Origin: a bacterium
GTDB lineage: Bacteria > Zhuqueibacterota > Zhuqueibacteria > Oceanimicrobiales > Oceanimicrobiaceae
Length of the DNA: 19,661 bases
Direction of reading: 5' to 3'
NCBI GenBank assembly: GCA_046757525.1
Contig: JBHHYI010000073.1
Span: 1 to 19,661, forward strand
Shown: one piece after another, positions 16,009-19,661 of the stretch
Layout: each line of letters starts with the position of its first letter
Position numbering within the stretch: the stretch's first letter is position 1
The notes under the pieces: generated by a model
Database searches by the model: none
Seen by the model: only the letters and a program-made list of their open reading frames with translations
Told to the model about the DNA's origin: nothing
Program-made: the position numbers and the translations under genes

Positions 16009-18150
16009 ATGCGTGACCAGAGTCTTAAGACCGAAGAATTCTTGTTGGAAGGATTTCATTGCAAGGATTGCGCTGAGACCATCGTCGAGACCGTTCAAAA
16101 ACTCGGTGGCGTGGATTCGGCGCAAGCAAATTTTACCACCAGCAAACTGCGCGTTCGCTACGACCCGATTAAAACCCGACTGGAAGATTTGGTCAACAGC
16201 GTGGAAAAAATCGGCTACCGCGTAAAACACGATGGTGCAAAGGTACCTGAGAAGCGAATTTTTTGGAAAGAGCGAGAGTTTGTGTTTACGCTCCTCTCAG
16301 GCCTCCTTTTAGGCATTGGCTTGGGCCTGAAGTTTGTTGCGGGCAATCCGGTTCTGCTCGAGTTTAGCTGGGGAAACTTTGCTGCGGCCACCATTTTCTA
16401 TTTCGCGGCCATCGTTTTTGGCGCCTTCTTTTTCAGTCGTGAGGGCTGGGCCGCCATCAGGAATCTAAAATTCAACATGGACTTTCTGATGTCGCTGGCC
16501 ATCGTGGGGGCATGCATCATTGGGGAATACGTGGAAGCCGCCAGCCTTGCCTTTTTGTTTTCGTTGGCTGAACTGCTCGAGGGCTACGCCGTGGAACGGG
16601 CACGGAATTCCTTGCGCGCCCTCATGAACCTGGCTCCGGAGGTGGCAACCGTGAAGAGGAACGGGCAGGAAGTCACCATTCCCGTAGCCGAGATCAAGCT
16701 GGGCGACCGGGTCGTGGTGCGGCCAGGGGGAAAGCTTGCGGTGGACGGCGTCGTCGTGGGTGGCGCTTCCAGTCTGGACCAGTCCCTGATTACCGGCGAA
16801 TCGATTCCGGTGCTCAAGGAAAAAGGAGAACAGGTCTACGCTGGTTCCATCAATGTGGAGGGTTTCCTGGAAGTTCAGGCCAACAAAACCCCCGAAAATA
16901 CCATGCTGGCAAGAATAATCAACATGGTGGAAGAGGCCGAGGCCCAAAAGGCGCCAAGCGAACGTTTCGTGGAAAAGTTTGCCAAGTATTACACGCCGAG
17001 CATTGTGGCCCTGGCAGTCGGGGTGGCCGTGGTGCCGCCGCTGTTCTTGGGCGCTGTGTTCCACCTGTGGTTTGGCAAGGCCTTGACCCTCCTGGTCATC
17101 GCCTGTCCCTGTGCGCTGGTCATTTCCACTCCGGTCTCGGTTGTTTCGGCGCTGACCAATGCCAGCCGCAACGGCATTTTGATTAAAGGCGGCGTGCATT
17201 TGGAAAATATGGCCAAAATCAAAGCCATAGCTTTAGACAAGACCGGCACCTTGACCAAAGGGCGGCTCAAGGTCACAGATGTCCTTCCGGTAAATGGGCA
17301 ACAGCGAAATGAGGTGCTGCTTATTGCGGCTTCCTTAGAATCCAAAAGCGAGCATCCCATTGCGAAGGCCATTCTCGAAGCCTCTGACGGCCAGCGGTTG
17401 CTCGAAACGCGTAACTTCACGGCCACTCCGGGCAAAGGTGTGCAGGCGGAAATTGAGGGCACGCCCTACTACGTGGGGCGACCGGATGTTTTTGAAGCGT
17501 TCTCCATTGAACTTCCAACGCAGCAATTACACGCTTTGCAGGCAGAGGGAAAGACGACCATGCTGCTGGGAAAGCGAACACAGATCATGGGAATCATCGC
17601 CCTGAGGGACGAAATTCGAGAAGGAGGGATCAGCACCGTAGCCAAACTCAAAGCCTCTGGCAAAGAGGTGGTCATGATAACCGGGGACAACCCGGAAACC
17701 GCCAGGGCCATTGCACAACGATTGGGCATTGACCACTTCCACGCGGCTTTGTTACCGCAGGAAAAGGTAGAAGAAATCAAACACCTGCAAAAGAAATATG
17801 GCAAAGTGGCCATGGTAGGGGACGGCATCAACGACGCCCCGGCCCTGGCCGCCGCCAGTGTTGGCATTGCCATGGGGGTCGCCGGCACCGACACCGCGCT
17901 GGAAACCGCCGACATTGCCCTCATGTCCGACGACCTGACCCAACTGCCCTACCTGGTTGCCATCAGCCAGCGGGCTCGCACCGTCATCAAACAGAACATC
18001 TGGACGTCTATTCTGTTGAAGTTTTCGCTGGCCATCGGGGTCTTCCCGGGGGTCGTTTCGTTGGTGGTGGCAGTTTTGATTGGCGACATGGGCGCCTCGC
18101 TGGCAGTTACCACAAATGCCCTGCGACTGGCGCGAAACAAGTCGGTGTGA
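16009..18150 (+). CDS. cadA: P1B-2-type heavy-metal (Zn/Cd/Pb) exporting ATPase
   Basis: N-terminal HMA domain GFHCKDC; TGES, CPC, DKTGT, SEHP, TGDN and GDGINDAP motifs; Lys in the penultimate TM helix (SILLKF) and DMG in the last TM helix indicate the ZntA/CadA subclass. Confidence 0.92.
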   Translation: MRDQSLKTEEFLLEGFHCKDCAETIVETVQKLGGVDSAQANFTTSKLRVRYDPIKTRLEDLVNSVEKIGYRVKHDGAKVPEKRIFWKEREFVFTLLSGLLLGIGLGLKFVAGNPVLLEFSWGNFAAATIFYFAAIVFGAFFFSREGWAAIRNLKFNMDFLMSLAIVGACIIGEYVEAASLAFLFSLAELLEGYAVERARNSLRALMNLAPEVATVKRNGQEVTIPVAEIKLGDRVVVRPGGKLAVDGVVVGGASSLDQSLITGESIPVLKEKGEQVYAGSINVEGFLEVQANKTPENTMLARIINMVEEAEAQKAPSERFVEKFAKYYTPSIVALAVGVAVVPPLFLGAVFHLWFGKALTLLVIACPCALVISTPVSVVSALTNASRNGILIKGGVHLENMAKIKAIALDKTGTLTKGRLKVTDVLPVNGQQRNEVLLIAASLESKSEHPIAKAILEASDGQRLLETRNFTATPGKGVQAEIEGTPYYVGRPDVFEAFSIELPTQQLHALQAEGKTTMLLGKRTQIMGIIALRDEIREGGISTVAKLKASGKEVVMITGDNPETARAIAQRLGIDHFHAALLPQEKVEEIKHLQKKYGKVAMVGDGINDAPALAAASVGIAMGVAGTDTALETADIALMSDDLTQLPYLVAISQRARTVIKQNIWTSILLKFSLAIGVFPGVVSLVVAVLIGDMGASLAVTTNALRLARNKSV

Positions 18151-18356
18151 ACCTCAGGATTCAGCTTCTTTGTTGTGTCATGTCAAAATAATCTTTTTTT
18201 CTAATTCATAAATGAGTATATTAGAGCTGCAAGACTGCGGCTTTGGCAGTCGTTGGGAAACATTTGGCTTTTACCTTAGTCTTCGACTCAGGAGCGCTTG
18301 ACCGAAAACTTCATCTTTCTTCAGTTAAGCCTTGTCATTGCAACCCGGCAGCGGCC

Positions 18357-18523
18357 CATGGGCGTCAACTTAAGCCCCGAAACTGTCATTTCTCGTCAGG
18401 CGGCTGACTGACGAGAAATCTGGTTTATGCCCAAATCAGACCCCTCGACTACGTCCGGCAACTGCCGGACTCCGCTCGGGGTGACAACAGGGTGGTTAGA
18501 GGCCCCTTCAGTTGACGCTAAAA
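18357..18523. mobile_element. Nested palindromic miniature element (REP/MITE-like, ~167 bp)
   Basis: Outer inverted repeat GCGTCAACTTAAG (18362-18374)/CTTCAGTTGACGC (18506-18518). Inner unit bounded by TGTCA...TGACA (18384-18486) with perfect 12-bp and 8-bp hairpins. Flanked by the 9-bp direct repeat GCAGCGGCC. Confidence 0.65.
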
Positions 18524-18581
18524 GCAGCGGCCTGGGAAATATCTGGTTAAGCACCAAGTAACCTGTGAACAAACTGAATTC

Positions 18582-19307
18582 ATGACTATGTCCATCATAC
18601 TTTTCTCATGCTTAGCGGCCGGCGCCACGGTTTTAGGCGGGGGCATCCCGCTTCTACACAAACGATTAGACGAAAACAGCTTGACGCTGCTGGTGGCATT
18701 TTCAGCAGGTGTGCTGCTCTCCACAGGCTTGAACCACATGGTGGCGGAGAGCTTTTCCGAGGGGGGACGTTGGGCCATGCTGTCGGTCAGTTTGGGTTTT
18801 ATCGTGCTTTATGGCTACGAGAAGATGGCCATGGTGCATGCCTGTCGAGAAGAGCATTGTGACGTGCACCACTTCGGCAAAAGCGCCTTGGTGGGTCTGG
18901 GATTCCACAGCTTTTTGGACGGGTTTGCTATTGCCGTGAGTTTTGAATTTCAAAAAACGCTTGGGCTTTTAGTCATCGTTGCCGTGCTTCTGCACCGCCT
19001 GCCCACCGGGGTCTCCATTGCTTCCATTCTGCTGGCACATAATTACAAAAGAGTACGTGCCTGGGTCACGTTGAGCGTGATCGCCGGCTTGGCGATCCTC
19101 GGGGCCTGCACCGGCATTGTCATGCCCCTGCGGGAACATTTTCTGCTCAGCTTAGCCGTGGGTCTTTCTGGCGGCACCTTTCTCTACATCGCCACCAGCG
19201 ATCTCCTACCCATGGCGCACGAAAACAGCCAGGACTACCGCGTGCCCCTGTTCTTCCTGGTGGGCTTCCTGGGTATTCTGGCGGCCAGCTTCTTAAGACT
19301 CAGTTGA
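18582..19307 (+). CDS. ZIP (ZupT/GufA) family metal transporter
   Basis: About 8 hydrophobic segments, AFSAGVLL, His/Cys-rich loop HACREEHCDVHH, TM4 FHSFLDG, TM5 LHRLPTG and GGTFLYIATSDLLP. Confidence 0.88.
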   Translation: MTMSIILFSCLAAGATVLGGGIPLLHKRLDENSLTLLVAFSAGVLLSTGLNHMVAESFSEGGRWAMLSVSLGFIVLYGYEKMAMVHACREEHCDVHHFGKSALVGLGFHSFLDGFAIAVSFEFQKTLGLLVIVAVLLHRLPTGVSIASILLAHNYKRVRAWVTLSVIAGLAILGACTGIVMPLREHFLLSLAVGLSGGTFLYIATSDLLPMAHENSQDYRVPLFFLVGFLGILAASFLRLS

Positions 19308-19473
19308 ACTCCCCGGCAGCCCACCAGCAATCTTGACCCATATCTTTGTTAACCAACACAAATGTTTATCGAAACAAAACTTCTTGATTCTAAGTTTATA
19401 TTTTTATATTTTCAGAATCACTGAACGAAATGTGAAAAGAAACCACTTATTTTTCTTTCGGCAGGGAGTCAGG

Positions 19474-19661
19474 ATGCGCATTTTCGAATCGTTTTTGGTA
19501 GTAATCATTCTTTTGTCGCTTTATTCCACCGTTACCTACGCACAATTTTATTTTGAAAAAGTAGAAGATGAAGATGGTTATGACTTTGAAAAGCCGCTTA
19601 GTTTCTATTCGAAACCTCACTACAATCGGGTAGAAGGGCTGTTTTTGAACTTCGGCCTCAG
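19474..19661 (+). CDS. Exported, probably outer-membrane, protein; 5' fragment continuing beyond the window
   Basis: GGGAG ribosome-binding site and an ATG open to the window edge: MRIFESFLVVIILLSLYSTVTYAQFYFEK...HYNRVEGLFLNFGL. Signal peptide ending TYA-Q, and a YNRVEG motif as in some FCB-group beta-barrel proteins. Confidence 0.65.
   Translation, partial: MRIFESFLVVIILLSLYSTVTYAQFYFEKVEDEDGYDFEKPLSFYSKPHYNRVEGLFLNFGL

Noticed and set aside
16465..17943. Long antisense ORFs within the ATPase, and similar ones within rnr, proS and the symporter
   Set aside because: These are expected shadow frames of GC-rich coding sequence, with no independent motifs.
18225..18345. Possible riboswitch or tRNA-like RNA upstream of the ZIP gene
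   Set aside because: Only a small hairpin (GACTGC/GCAGTC) is visible; I could not identify NiCo, yybP-ykoY or tRNA consensus features.

Overview
Bacterial chromosomal window; the gene styles suggest an FCB-superphylum-type Gram-negative organism, which is an inference only. Bases 1-15196 are a long minus-strand housekeeping run. In transcription order it contains proS (archaeal/eukaryotic type), DUF433, an alanine/glycine:cation symporter, era, a BrnT/BrnA toxin-antitoxin pair, a pentapeptide-repeat protein, an MBL-fold hydrolase, a SpoIID/LytB lipoprotein, a DUF151 nuclease, an AmpG-like MFS permease with a ~200-aa insertion, a GxxExxY nuclease, rnr, and a GH20-fold protein that runs off the left edge. 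The ORF track missed that GH20-fold gene, and it lacks the catalytic Asp-Glu pair. A divergent plus-strand metal locus follows: a CadC-type repressor with its operator, a P1B-2 ATPase, a nested palindromic miniature element, a ZIP transporter, and the start of an exported protein. The most striking structure is at 3674-4299. It is a solitary integron-type gene cassette (attC site, reciprocal 8-bp core sites, G|AT right junction, no integrase in the window). Its only cargo is a GxxExxY PD-(D/E)XK gene clamped between inverted arrays of 9-nt (NNCACGAAG)x3 repeats, a candidate nested mini mobile element.
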